Shown here piece after piece: positions 48,303 through 58,348 of a stretch of 64,000 bases of DNA. This stretch comes from Pyrinomonadaceae bacterium (GTDB lineage Bacteria; Acidobacteriota; Blastocatellia; Pyrinomonadales; Pyrinomonadaceae): positions 224,001 through 288,000 of the forward strand of contig JBKBYA010000001.1 in assembly GCA_046313635.1 (NCBI GenBank), read 5' to 3'. The notes beneath the pieces are model-generated. The model made no database searches. It saw only the letters and a list, made by a program, of their open reading frames with translations, and was not told the origin of the DNA. Numbering within the stretch: the stretch's first letter is position 1; every line of letters begins with the position of its first letter. The translations under genes were made by a program, and so were the position numbers.

Positions 48303-50636
48303 ATGGACAGCCGCGAGACCGATCATTTATCACAACCGTTCTACACGCGCGGTCGCCTGACGACCTTGGCGATCACGATCCTCCTTGTGCTTGGCGCGGA
48401 CGCACTCGCGCAGGATGTCGCAACAATTGCCGGACAGATCGTCGACCGCTCGGGCGCGGCCGTCGCGAGTGCGCGAGTTCGTTGGGTCACGCCCGACGGC
48501 AAGACACGTGCGGCGACGGAGTCCGACGAGGCCGGACGATTCTCGCTGCGCGCGAGCGACATTCCGGTGGGTGAGATCGTCGTCGAGGCGAGCGGGTTTG
48601 AGACGCATCGCTATCGACTGATGCCCGACTCAGGCGCGGGGCCGGTGCGGATCGAGCTCGCGCCCGCCGCCCTCGCCGCGACGGTGACGGTCACGCGCGC
48701 GGCGACGCGGATCGAAGACTCGCCCGAGCCGGTCGTCACGCTCACGCGCGGCGATCTCGAGTCGTCGGCCGCGGCGACGCTCGACGACAAGCTGCGGCAG
48801 GTGCCGGGATTTTCGCTCTTCAGACGCGCGGGCAGCCGGACGGCGAATCCGACAACGCAGGGCGTGAGTTTGCGCGGCGTCGGCGCATCGGGTGCGAGCC
48901 GCGCTCTCGTGCTCGCAGACGGCGCGACGCTCAACGATCCTTTCGGCGGCTGGGTCTATTGGGGCCGCGTGCCGGCCGGGTCGATCGAGCGCGTCGAGGT
49001 GCTGCGCGGGCCGGCGAGCGACCTGTACGGCACGTCGGCGGTCGGCGGTGTCGTCTCGATCGTGACGCGGCGCGGTGCGGAAGTGCCGCTGCTCGACGTC
49101 GAATTCTCGGCAGGCACGCAGCGCTCGCCGCTCGTCTCGGCGTACGCGTCGGCGGGAATGCGCGATTGGTTTGGCTCGCTCGCTGTCGAGGCGTTTCGCA
49201 CGAGCGGCTTTGTGACGGTCGACGAGCGCGAACGAGGCGCGGTCGATACAAAGGCGAATGTGCGCCGCCTCGCGGTCAGCCCGCGAGTGGAACGCGCATT
49301 CGGCAGCTCGCGCGTATTCGCCGCGCCGTCCTTTTACGAGGAGCGTCGAAGTAACGGCACGCCGCTGCAGACCAACGACACGCGGATCGCGTCGATCACG
49401 GTCGGCGCCGACGTCGTCACGCGTGCCGCGGGAGCGCTCAACCTGCGGGCGACGGCGAGCAGGCAGAGTTACCACCAAACGTTTTCGGCCGTCGCGCCGG
49501 GCCGGGCGAGCGAGAGCCTGACGCGTCTGCAGTCGTCGCCGTCGCAGTCTGCGAGCGCCTCGATAACATGGCTGCGGAGCGCGAATGCGAACTTGACGAC
49601 ATTCGCCGGCGCCGAGCTTCGCGAGGTGCGCGGGCGCAGCGACGAGACGGGATTTGCCGGCGGAGCGGCGGGGAGTCTCGCGAGCAGCGGCGGGCGCGAA
49701 TCTGCTTTCGGCGCGTACGCCGGCGGCACGGCAAGCGTTTTGAGCCGCCGCGTGACGCTCGGCGGCGGCGTGCGCTACGACCGCTGGCGCGGTTCGCACG
49801 GTTACGCGTCGACGCTCACGCTGCGAACAGGAGCGCGGTCGACGACGCGATTCGACGATCGCGGCGAGTCGGCCGTCAGCCCGCGGGCCTCTCTGCTCGT
49901 GCGCGTAAACGATAACGTCTCGCTCACGGCGTCGGCGCGGCTCGGCTTTCGGCAGCCGACGCTCAACGAACTTTACCGCTCATTCCGGGTCGGCGACGTG
50001 CTGACGCAGGCGAACGCCGCCTTGCGCGCCGAGCGCGCCGCCGCACTCGAAGCCGGCGCGATCTTTACAGCAAATGGCGGCCGCACGTATCTCAGGTCCG
50101 ACGTCTTTTGCACGGAGATCACACGCAATATCGCGAACGTGACCATCGCCGTCACGCCGGCGCTTACCACGCGGCAAAGGCAGAATCTCGGCCGCACGCG
50201 CTCGTGCGGCGTCGAGGCCGACGCTCAGCATCGCGTCTCGAGCGTGCTGTCGCTCTCGGCCGGCTATTTGTTTGTCGACCCGCGAGTCGAGAGCTTTGCC
50301 GCAAACCGCATGCTCGAGGGCCGGCTCGTGCCGCAGACGCCGCGCCATTCGTTCACGGCGCAGATGAACTTTGCCGATCCGCGGATCGCGAATGTCGGCA
50401 TTCAGCTTCGCGCGTCGTCGCGGCAGTATGAGGACGATCTCAACCAGACGCCGCTCGCCGCGTACGCGAGCGTCGATGCCTTTGTCTCGCGCCGCATCGC
50501 CCGCGGCGCCGAGGTCTTTGCCGCCGCCGAAAATCTCTTCGACACCCGCATCGAGTCGGGCCGCACGCCCGTCACGACACTCGCCGGCCGCCGCGAACTC
50601 AGACTAGGCCTCCGCCTCAACCTCGGCCGCAGATGA
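48303..50636 (+). CDS. TonB-dependent receptor
   Basis: N-terminal GQIVDRSGAAV carboxypeptidase-like domain, LRQVPG, IERVEVLRGPASDLYG...GGVV, ENLFD, C-terminal beta strand. Confidence 0.92.
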   Translation: MDSRETDHLSQPFYTRGRLTTLAITILLVLGADALAQDVATIAGQIVDRSGAAVASARVRWVTPDGKTRAATESDEAGRFSLRASDIPVGEIVVEASGFETHRYRLMPDSGAGPVRIELAPAALAATVTVTRAATRIEDSPEPVVTLTRGDLESSAAATLDDKLRQVPGFSLFRRAGSRTANPTTQGVSLRGVGASGASRALVLADGATLNDPFGGWVYWGRVPAGSIERVEVLRGPASDLYGTSAVGGVVSIVTRRGAEVPLLDVEFSAGTQRSPLVSAYASAGMRDWFGSLAVEAFRTSGFVTVDERERGAVDTKANVRRLAVSPRVERAFGSSRVFAAPSFYEERRSNGTPLQTNDTRIASITVGADVVTRAAGALNLRATASRQSYHQTFSAVAPGRASESLTRLQSSPSQSASASITWLRSANANLTTFAGAELREVRGRSDETGFAGGAAGSLASSGGRESAFGAYAGGTASVLSRRVTLGGGVRYDRWRGSHGYASTLTLRTGARSTTRFDDRGESAVSPRASLLVRVNDNVSLTASARLGFRQPTLNELYRSFRVGDVLTQANAALRAERAAALEAGAIFTANGGRTYLRSDVFCTEITRNIANVTIAVTPALTTRQRQNLGRTRSCGVEADAQHRVSSVLSLSAGYLFVDPRVESFAANRMLEGRLVPQTPRHSFTAQMNFADPRIANVGIQLRASSRQYEDDLNQTPLAAYASVDAFVSRRIARGAEVFAAAENLFDTRIESGRTPVTTLAGRRELRLGLRLNLGRR

Positions 50637-50893
50637 GGGCGAGTTTCGAATGGCGAATGACGAGTCGAATTTCGAATGGCGAATTTCGAATTTCGAATGA
50701 CGAGTGGCGAATTTCGAATTTCGAATGGCGAATGGCGAATGGCGAATGTTGAAAGCTGAATGGCGAGGGGCGAATGTCGGATCGGAAAACCGTCTATCCG
50801 CCGTTCACCATTCACGATTCACAATTGACGAATTACACTCCCACCAACAACGATCAACGATCAACGAACCACGAACCACGATCAACGACCAAC
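50637..50893. repeat. mixed heptamer tandem arrays
   Basis: TTCGAAT/GGCGAAT run (50645-50775), TTCACNA run, then TCAACGA/ACCACGA run. Confidence 0.8.
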
Positions 50894-50895
50894 CC

Positions 50896-51078
50896 TCACA
50901 ACTTCAGCCTCTGCCACTCGGCAAACACGCGCGTGATCTCTGCGTTGAGCCTCTGCTTCTCCGCGAGCGAAACGCCCGCCGCATCGCGCCGCTTTACCAG
51001 CTCCTCGATCTCATGCTGTATCCGCTCCTGCTTAGTCTCCGGCTCGCGGCTCTTTTTAAGGTTGTACTTGTCGTCCAT
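50896..51078 (-). CDS. small hypothetical protein
   Basis: 60-aa charged helical ORF with ATG start. Confidence 0.5.
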   Translation of the reverse strand: MDDKYNLKKSREPETKQERIQHEIEELVKRRDAAGVSLAEKQRLNAEITRVFAEWQRLKL

Positions 51079-51181
51079 AAAACGATTCTAATCCCAAAAC
51101 CTCGCCCGCCTCGGCAAAAGCCAGCACGCGAGTAAAGACGTTACAACCAACCGATCACTTTCGCCGACTTCTCCCGATCAC

Positions 51182-51391
51182 ACCGCGACCGTTCGCCTCC
51201 TAACCGCGACGTTCCCCGATCTGACTACGACTTTTCGTCTCCTGACCGTGACGTTTCGTCTCCGGACCGCGACTTTTCCCCATCTCACCGCGACCGATCG
51301 CTTTCTAACGGCGACTTTTCGTCTCCGGACCGCGACTTCTCGCCATCTGACCGCGACTTTTTGCCATCTGACCGTGACTTTTCCTAATCCG
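51182..51391. repeat. degenerate 21-bp tandem repeat, 10 units
   Basis: consensus approx. ACCGCGACTTTTCGYCWYCTG with exact 21-bp period and no spacers. Confidence 0.85.
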
Positions 51392-51660
51392 ACCGGGAAT
51401 AAACAGCACCCAAGCGCCGCACCCGCCCGGCTAACCGCCAGAAAATCAGCCACTTACGCCCAAGCCGCCAAGATCCGCGAATTCCACACCGCCGCACACC
51501 GCAAACCCGGGCTAAACTCTAGCTATGCGTCTGAAATTCCCAACCGCAAACCAAAAGTGGTGGCAAAAGCCGCTCGTAAACCTCGAAGGCCACCCACTCC
51601 CCGCCGAGCTTGCGGTGTTCTAAGTTACAGAGCGCCTGTTCTCCGCTCTCTAAATTGTGT

Positions 51661-52770
51661 CTAATCGTCCCTCTTAGCCCAAATGTCCCACTCACCGACT
51701 GGCTCACCCACATTTGTGAAATGCTCAGCCTGACGGCGTCCTTTCGACGGCTCGCCCGCCGATCTAATAGTTTGAATTCTCCATCCGGAATCCGCGAGGG
51801 AAGTTTTGAGCAATGAAATTGGGTCAACCTTGCGGTCATTTATCCCGCCGAAACGAATCACCAACCGTGCATCGTCCGAGCATATAGATGCAACATTCTT
51901 CCAAACTAGCTTTAGGTCGCTCGTAAAGTCGTTGGGAGAGAAATGAGTTAGTTGGTGATTGGTTGAATAGTCGACGGTATCAGTACCGCCGACAAACCAG
52001 TTTCGTAACCATTGATCAGCAATATACGTTCGCATTCCGTAGTAGGGCGGTGACGTTATGATCCACTTTATTTGTTCGCCCGTGAGGAGCTTGTTGTAAG
52101 TGTCGGATTTTCTGCTGTCCGCACGGATTACCTTGCCGATACAACTTGATCCTCCGTCGTTGAAGTATCGTTTAGCTCGCTCCCGGATTATTTCAAGCAC
52201 ATCAACGTACGGGGGCCTTAGCGAATGCAGCCTCCAATAGTTAACGGCGTAATTCGGTTTAGGGGCGTAAGTACGGGGCGATTGATTCGAGAAATAAGAA
52301 TTCTTCGTCTTCGGCCGTGGTCCGTGGAGAGCTCCCAATAGTAACGCACGCAAAGCTTTTCGTGAGTCTGATCGACAGTCATGAATCAATGCTTCTCGGA
52401 GTTTACAGAGTGCAGTTAGAACCTTTGGGTGATATGCCCATCGCCAAAATTCACCGGTAGGGACGTTCGAGGCAGCAGGACCGGATGACAGAATATGCTC
52501 TGCTGTTGCAATTATCCGCTGAGAGCTGGTATTAGCGAGTTTCGCTTGAGTTAGTGCAACGGCGACCCGGCTGCTGTCGATCCCGATTGAAGGCATGTTT
52601 AACGCCCGGCTAGCGTAGTTTGTGGTCCCCCGACCGCAAAATGGATCTATTACCCATTCACCAGTCCGCCCAAAACGCTGCAAAATAGAGAGCGGAAATG
52701 ACAACGGGAACATTGTGAAGTATGGACAAATCGCGTTCAGAGAGCTATCGATGCTACGTCCACTTTGCAT
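51661..52770 (-). CDS. amino (likely N4-cytosine) DNA methyltransferase
   Basis: CPYFTMFP, motif I VIDPFCGRGTT, motif IV IITSPPY; ATG at 52770, 2 bp after the ATPase stop. Confidence 0.85.
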   Translation of the reverse strand: MQSGRSIDSSLNAICPYFTMFPLSFPLSILQRFGRTGEWVIDPFCGRGTTNYASRALNMPSIGIDSSRVAVALTQAKLANTSSQRIIATAEHILSSGPAASNVPTGEFWRWAYHPKVLTALCKLREALIHDCRSDSRKALRALLLGALHGPRPKTKNSYFSNQSPRTYAPKPNYAVNYWRLHSLRPPYVDVLEIIRERAKRYFNDGGSSCIGKVIRADSRKSDTYNKLLTGEQIKWIITSPPYYGMRTYIADQWLRNWFVGGTDTVDYSTNHQLTHFSPNDFTSDLKLVWKNVASICSDDARLVIRFGGINDRKVDPISLLKTSLADSGWRIQTIRSAGEPSKGRRQAEHFTNVGEPVGEWDIWAKRDD

Positions 52771-52772
52771 GG

Positions 52773-54926
52773 TTAAGATTTCCTGCCAGCTTTGACATAC
52801 CAGACCTTTCGTCCTCCATCTTTTACAACTGGATACGAATGCCATCCCTCGTTCTGCCGGCCAAAAATGGCATTCATCGCCTTTTGGACCAGGTTGAATG
52901 CAAAGTTACCGCGGTCATCAAGTGATTTGGGAAGCTTCTCCTCGAAAAAAGCTTTGAGACTGCCCCATGCTACGCCATCGTCTTTTATCCGATTAATAAG
53001 GTTCGTGTCGGCTCTGAGCGCCTCGATACCTCTGCTCTCTAATGTTTCCATCACGTCAGCGGACTCCTCTCCGTCTGATTTACTAACCGGCGGTAAGTCC
53101 GCAATCGCAACAGCCGGCGAATCGCCATTTGCGCGCGCGGTTCCGACATTTACTACTTCGACGACGTTGTCCTCAATCTCAGACTGAATCTTCTTTCTTA
53201 GTGAGGACGCGTAAGTCGTAATTTCTGCTTTGGCATACATTGGATCTTGTAACTCGTACATTTTTTCGAATGAAAGAACTCTTGTGGAAACTGGATAGGG
53301 CTTACCGCTAACCGAACTCCAGAAGACTCCTTGGCCTGGAATCGGTTCATTGAGTAATGAACTCAATAAATCCTCGCTGAAGTGGGCGTTAGCGCGTTTA
53401 ACATTCGCCAAGTCACCAGCGGACAATAAATGAAAAATGAACCAGTTGTCTCCTTGACTAAGAATCTCCATTGGAATGCTCCCTGGTTGCTGAGTCACGA
53501 GCACCGCTCCGAGATCATATTTTCGTCCTTCTTTCACCCACGAGATATAGGGCTCGGCAGAGGTTGCGTTTTCGTTTAGAACAGATTGCGCTTCCTCCAC
53601 CACAGCTATGGTGGGAATTGTTTTTGGTTCAGCAGCAGTGAATTCTTCTTGGTTCTTGTCGAAAATGCGACGAAGAATAAGTCCTGAAAGTATCAGCGAC
53701 TGGCCTCCGCGCATTTGAGACACGTCAACGATACATAGCTTACCTTGAGAGAGCGCCTCTATAAGCAAATCCATAAGCTGGCTGCTTTTGTCGTGCAACA
53801 TGCGAACTATTTGTGTCATGTTTGCGCGAGCCGCCAACGCCTCAACTTGCTGACCTTCCGCCAATTGCAGAAGATCTTGGATTTCCTCGAGCGGTGCGTT
53901 GTTTCCTTCGGCGTCAATAATGTTTACAAGTTGTTGCCACCGGGCTGCATCGAGGCCTTTTAGCTTTCTTATGTTTTGTTGATCTTGTCTTTCGGGGGGA
54001 AGTGCTATGGCGATTACATCACCGGGACGGAGACGGCGAATATCCAACTTGATGCCGCCCGCGACAAATGACTGGTAAAAGCTGCTCGGTCCCTGACGGG
54101 AGGTAAATACCACCAACTTGTCAGTTAAATGAGGCACGTCACAAAGCCCGGGCCGTCCCTTATCGTCAGGCCAGAAGTACTCGCCGTCCGGATCAAAAAT
54201 GATTGTACCGACTGGGACGTTGCCGCTCCGTTTCCGTACTGTAGGTGTCTCTTCATATAACTTACTGAAAAGCAGTTTGTTGAGATTTGATTTACCGAAA
54301 CCAGCTCGTGCCAGGATAAAGGAGCGGCGAGAAACAAGGCTGGAAATAGGAAATTTAACCAGAACCTCGGGCGACTTCACCTGCATCCAACCCGCCCTGT
54401 CAATTTTAGTGCTCTGTCCAGAGTAGATGAACTCACCTAGTGCGAAATGTCCGAGCGCAGCACCCGCCTCGTCGTTATGCCCAGCGATTTCCTTAAGCAC
54501 ATCAGCTGATGGAAACGCCACCTTACTTCCAACGTGAGGCAAACGTCGGTGTGAAGCAACGAAAATCAGTCGATCGTCGGCACTCTTTCGGAGTACTCCG
54601 AGAACGCGAATATTTACTCGATACTTCAGGTATTGTTCTCGTAGGTCTTCAGGTATTTCTCGGTCCTCGCGCAAGGCGCGAATGTTGAATTCTTCTCCAG
54701 TTCCTGATGACAGCTTGCCTTCAGAAGAAAATGACGTTATCCGCCCCAGAACCGCCTCGTCAGGGGTCTCTAGTTGAATAAGCAGGAACTGACCGTGCAT
54801 CGGGAGGTTTTGAAATTCATTTCGATATGGCAGGACCAGATCAGCATGAAATTCAAGACCGCCATGCTGAAAACCTCTGAAAACACCGACAATCTGATCG
54901 GCAGGAAAAAGTTCTAATGCGGGCAT
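52773..54926 (-). CDS. HerA/FtsK-superfamily ATPase (DUF87)
   Basis: HAS-barrel-like N-terminus GQFLLI...AVLGRI, Walker A ARAGFGKS, IIFDPDGEY, Walker B AVVEEAQ, KEGRKY, LVTQQPG. Confidence 0.9.
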   Translation of the reverse strand: MPALELFPADQIVGVFRGFQHGGLEFHADLVLPYRNEFQNLPMHGQFLLIQLETPDEAVLGRITSFSSEGKLSSGTGEEFNIRALREDREIPEDLREQYLKYRVNIRVLGVLRKSADDRLIFVASHRRLPHVGSKVAFPSADVLKEIAGHNDEAGAALGHFALGEFIYSGQSTKIDRAGWMQVKSPEVLVKFPISSLVSRRSFILARAGFGKSNLNKLLFSKLYEETPTVRKRSGNVPVGTIIFDPDGEYFWPDDKGRPGLCDVPHLTDKLVVFTSRQGPSSFYQSFVAGGIKLDIRRLRPGDVIAIALPPERQDQQNIRKLKGLDAARWQQLVNIIDAEGNNAPLEEIQDLLQLAEGQQVEALAARANMTQIVRMLHDKSSQLMDLLIEALSQGKLCIVDVSQMRGGQSLILSGLILRRIFDKNQEEFTAAEPKTIPTIAVVEEAQSVLNENATSAEPYISWVKEGRKYDLGAVLVTQQPGSIPMEILSQGDNWFIFHLLSAGDLANVKRANAHFSEDLLSSLLNEPIPGQGVFWSSVSGKPYPVSTRVLSFEKMYELQDPMYAKAEITTYASSLRKKIQSEIEDNVVEVVNVGTARANGDSPAVAIADLPPVSKSDGEESADVMETLESRGIEALRADTNLINRIKDDGVAWGSLKAFFEEKLPKSLDDRGNFAFNLVQKAMNAIFGRQNEGWHSYPVVKDGGRKVWYVKAGRKS

Positions 54927-54943
54927 ATTGAGACTCCTTATTC

Positions 54944-56089
54944 TTAACGGTAACGGCTATGCGCAGGATCGGCATCCTGCAGTTGAAAAGTATCAAGTTT
55001 GGGTGATTCGGTACCCAACGTTTTTCGTAAACCTACCAAGACCAAGTCCTGCATAATATCGAAGTCGAAATCTACAAGCGCTGCGTTCTCATGAGCTCGT
55101 TGTAGGCACTGAGGGTACAGGGCGACCGGAAAGCCGTTGATCGCGTCCGCCAACATAAACCCTATAATCGAAGCGGCATCGGCAGTCTGCGGCAAGAATA
55201 TATCGACAGGCCAGATGGGATCGCGAGGACTCGAACCGAACTTAACTAAAAACATCTTTCCCCCGACGAATTTGTTGATTTCACCGTCGTCAGTCTCCAT
55301 GTCACTTCCCCTAGCGTATTCGGACCAAACATATGCTTTGACCTCCACGTCCCTCGGAACCTCAACGTATGCAGGGTAGGGTGTTACTAGTACATCCTCT
55401 AGCGCCATCGCAAGTCGGTACCGCGTTAACACTTGGCTGTGTTTTGCGACCCCCGTTAGATAGAGTCGGCGCCTACTTTTAGACCAATGATTTTGTATTC
55501 CTTCGTGAATACCGTCGAGATATTTCTTAAATAGATCTCGCGCGAAAACTTTGCTCCGAAGTAAGCCATCAAAAACAATCAAGGTGTCGGTTCCGAAGTC
55601 TTTTTTTTGAATAATCGAAAATAGGGTAGCCCACTCGACCAGCTCTCGATAGACTTGGACCCAGGTAGGACTGGTCGGAGTCGTGCCGTCGTTGCTGCGA
55701 ATCATGTGACTGAGTTGGGTCAGGTTATCGACCCCCAAAAACCTCATCATTTCTCCCAAAGGCGTCCTCGGGTCACCTGTATCCGCAAATTGCCGACTAC
55801 TTAGTTCTGCAACGCTAGTCGTAGGAGAGATGACCTCGAGGCTGTATTCGTTATTGCTCGAGTCGACTACCCGAACGATTTGAATCAAAAAGGGATCAAA
55901 TTGAATCTTGTTATTGCCGCCATCGGTTCCCACGAGCGAGATGGCCGTCGTGGATCGTGGCTGAATCCGTCTAATGTCATCCTTCAACGGACGAATTTCC
56001 TGTCGAAGCAGATCCAACACTGCCTTGTCAGCAGACATGCGGGCTTCTATTTCTTTTTTGAGTCGGCCTTGACTTTCCGGGTCTATCAT
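54944..56089 (-). CDS. NurA-like nuclease (RNase H fold)
   Basis: VGTDGG, ELVE, IVFDGLL, GVAKHS, YPQCLQRAHENA pattern; directly upstream of the HerA-like gene. Confidence 0.8.
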   Translation of the reverse strand: MIDPESQGRLKKEIEARMSADKAVLDLLRQEIRPLKDDIRRIQPRSTTAISLVGTDGGNNKIQFDPFLIQIVRVVDSSNNEYSLEVISPTTSVAELSSRQFADTGDPRTPLGEMMRFLGVDNLTQLSHMIRSNDGTTPTSPTWVQVYRELVEWATLFSIIQKKDFGTDTLIVFDGLLRSKVFARDLFKKYLDGIHEGIQNHWSKSRRRLYLTGVAKHSQVLTRYRLAMALEDVLVTPYPAYVEVPRDVEVKAYVWSEYARGSDMETDDGEINKFVGGKMFLVKFGSSPRDPIWPVDIFLPQTADAASIIGFMLADAINGFPVALYPQCLQRAHENAALVDFDFDIMQDLVLVGLRKTLGTESPKLDTFQLQDADPAHSRYR

Positions 56090-56327
56090 AAGCTCCAGTT
56101 ACCTGTTGTTCTGTGGTTTCGGTTCAATTGTTCATTTAGTTAACTCACGGTCATCCACGGCCTTCCTGAACTCACTCTTCCTCACCCGTTCGCTCTTTGC
56201 TTTCAGACTGACCGGTTTTGACTGACGGTTTTTGTGTTCATTATGTCGGTGATCATACGGCGTTTGCCGTCGTCGTCTTTTTTGACACCGGTGTTGGGAA
56301 TAATGACTCTCCGTGAGGCGAGATCTG

Positions 56328-56759
56328 TCATAGCTTGAGCTGTTTTGCGTTGGTGCAGACGTATTCGAGGATCGAGTATTCGATCGTGCCTTTTACGAGG
56401 GTGATTTGTTGGGCGTTGTCGACGGCGCCGCCGGTGAGGGTGGTTTCGTTGGGCTTTGAGAACAGCCGGTTGTCGGTGGCCATGATGTGCTTTGTGCAGC
56501 CGCCGACGTTTTTTGTGTACTCGATGCCGTCCTTTTTTTCTTGCTTTACCAGAAAGACGACGACGGTGCCGGCAAAGCGCTTCATTGTGAGCGAATCGAC
56601 AAAATACGCATCGCCGCCGTCGTCCTTTGCGAACGGGACCCATTTGGCCTTGGCGATCTCGCGGCGAAACATCTCGGTGCGACGCTCCTTGTCCATCCCC
56701 TGCGCGGCTGCTGCGGCAGACGCGGCCACCAAAACGAACACTGCGAATATGACTCTCAT
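56328..56759 (-). CDS. secreted hypothetical protein
   Basis: signal peptide MRVIFAVFVLVAASAAAAAQ; W...YFVDS.T; two Cys. Confidence 0.65.
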   Translation of the reverse strand: MRVIFAVFVLVAASAAAAAQGMDKERRTEMFRREIAKAKWVPFAKDDGGDAYFVDSLTMKRFAGTVVVFLVKQEKKDGIEYTKNVGGCTKHIMATDNRLFSKPNETTLTGGAVDNAQQITLVKGTIEYSILEYVCTNAKQLKL

Positions 56760-56830
56760 AGTTCCTGTCTGAACGCGCCCGCGCAGCGGCGACGGGCGAG
56801 GGGTACCTTGATTTGAGACGCTCATCTTGA

Positions 56831-58099
56831 TCACCTGCCTTTCTTCATATCGGCCACGGCCTTTTTGAACGTGTCGCTCGAGCGAAACTTTGCGAACGAG
56901 CTGTCGGTCATCGGGTCGGGGAACTTTTCGCCGGGGAGCATGTTGGCTTTGTGTTTGTAGGCGAGGCCGAGCTGCTGGATGGCGGCCGCTTCGTCGCCGA
57001 GCTCGCCGTAGCCGCAGGCCATGTTGTAGTAAAAGAGCGGGTAGGTCGGCTCGACGGAGATGCCGTATTCGAGCACGGCCTGCGAACGCTTGATGTCGCC
57101 GGTGATGCCGTAGGCCATCGCGAGATTGTCGACGAGCACGATCCAGACGCTGCGATCCAGCGAGCGTTTTTGTTTCTCGAGATCGAGCGCCTTTTGGTAC
57201 GGCGGAATGGCACGTTTATAGTCGCCGGCCATGTAGTAGCGGCTCGCTTCGGCGACGAGCTTCATCACGTCGCCGGTGACGGGGCCTGAGAATTCGCGAG
57301 CCTGACCGCCGCCTAGCAGCTCGGCGGCTTTGCGCTGGTCGGCCTCGGCGAGGTCGTTCTTTTTGAGCTGACCGTAGAGAAGCGCTCGGGCCTGGTAGGC
57401 GCGGGCGTTGTCGGGGGCGAGCTCGATCGCTTTTGTGAGGTCTGCGACACCGCGTTCGGGTCGGCCGCTGAGAGCGTACGCTATGCCGCGGCTGATGTAG
57501 CCGTCGGCGAGGTATCGGTCGTTAACACCGCGCGGCATCAGCGAGATGTACTTGTCGAGATCGGCGATCGTCCTGTCGTACTGCCGCAGCTCGTAATACG
57601 CCTGCGCACGCGCAAAATAGGCCTCGACCTTCCCGGCCGGATCGAGTTCGATCGCCTTTGTCAGGTCGCCGATGGCCTCGGCGTGCCGGCCGAGGTCGGC
57701 CGTCAGCAGGTAGCCGCGGTTGGCGTAGAAGTCGGCATTCTTCGGCGCGATCTCGATCGCCTTGGTGTAATCGGCAAGCGCGGCCTCGGGCCGCTTGAGC
57801 GCACGCTGCGAGACGGCCCGCCCGTTGTAGCCGTCGGCGAGGTATTCGGGCTTGACGCCCGGGATCGAGATGTACATCGAAAAGGTCTCGACGGCCTCGA
57901 CATGCGCTCCGGATGCCTGCAGCACGCGGGCGGCCTCGTAGTAATTCTCCGGATTCTTCGGGTCGGAGCTGAGCGCCCTCATCGCGGCGTCGAGCCGGCA
58001 TTTGAGGTCGCGTTCGCCGCAGGGCGTCTGGGCGTAGGCGACGAGGCATGCGAGCATCAGCCACACGGGGGCGAGCAGGACGAGTGGAAGTTTGGTCAT
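56831..58099 (-). CDS. secreted tetratricopeptide repeat protein
   Basis: repeated ADYTKAIEIAP / DLTKAIELDP; GAGGAG RBS before ATG 58099. Confidence 0.9.
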   Translation of the reverse strand: MTKLPLVLLAPVWLMLACLVAYAQTPCGERDLKCRLDAAMRALSSDPKNPENYYEAARVLQASGAHVEAVETFSMYISIPGVKPEYLADGYNGRAVSQRALKRPEAALADYTKAIEIAPKNADFYANRGYLLTADLGRHAEAIGDLTKAIELDPAGKVEAYFARAQAYYELRQYDRTIADLDKYISLMPRGVNDRYLADGYISRGIAYALSGRPERGVADLTKAIELAPDNARAYQARALLYGQLKKNDLAEADQRKAAELLGGGQAREFSGPVTGDVMKLVAEASRYYMAGDYKRAIPPYQKALDLEKQKRSLDRSVWIVLVDNLAMAYGITGDIKRSQAVLEYGISVEPTYPLFYYNMACGYGELGDEAAAIQQLGLAYKHKANMLPGEKFPDPMTDSSFAKFRSSDTFKKAVADMKKGR

Positions 58100-58191
58100 C
58101 GGAAAGTAAGTGCTCCTCTTATGGGTCAAGGACCTGGGCTCCGGCGGCGAACGGCGAACAGTATAGACGAGAGAGACGGGGGAAGGAAGTG

Positions 58192-58324
58192 TGAGGGATG
58201 AGGGATGAGGGGTGAGGGATGAGGGATGAGGCATGAGGGATGAGGGATGAGGGATGAGGGATGAGGCATGAGGGATGAGGGATGAGGCATGAGGGATGAG
58301 GGATGAGGGATGAGGGATGAGGGG
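58192..58324. repeat. (TGAGGGA)19 heptamer tandem repeat
   Basis: 19 contiguous units with TGAGGCA and TGAGGGG variants. Confidence 0.95.
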
Positions 58325-58348
58325 TTTGGAGGTTTATTGCTGGACGAT

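Noticed and set aside
51182..51391. CRISPR array
   Set aside because: Units are contiguous 21-mers without unique 30-40 bp spacers; no cas genes in the window
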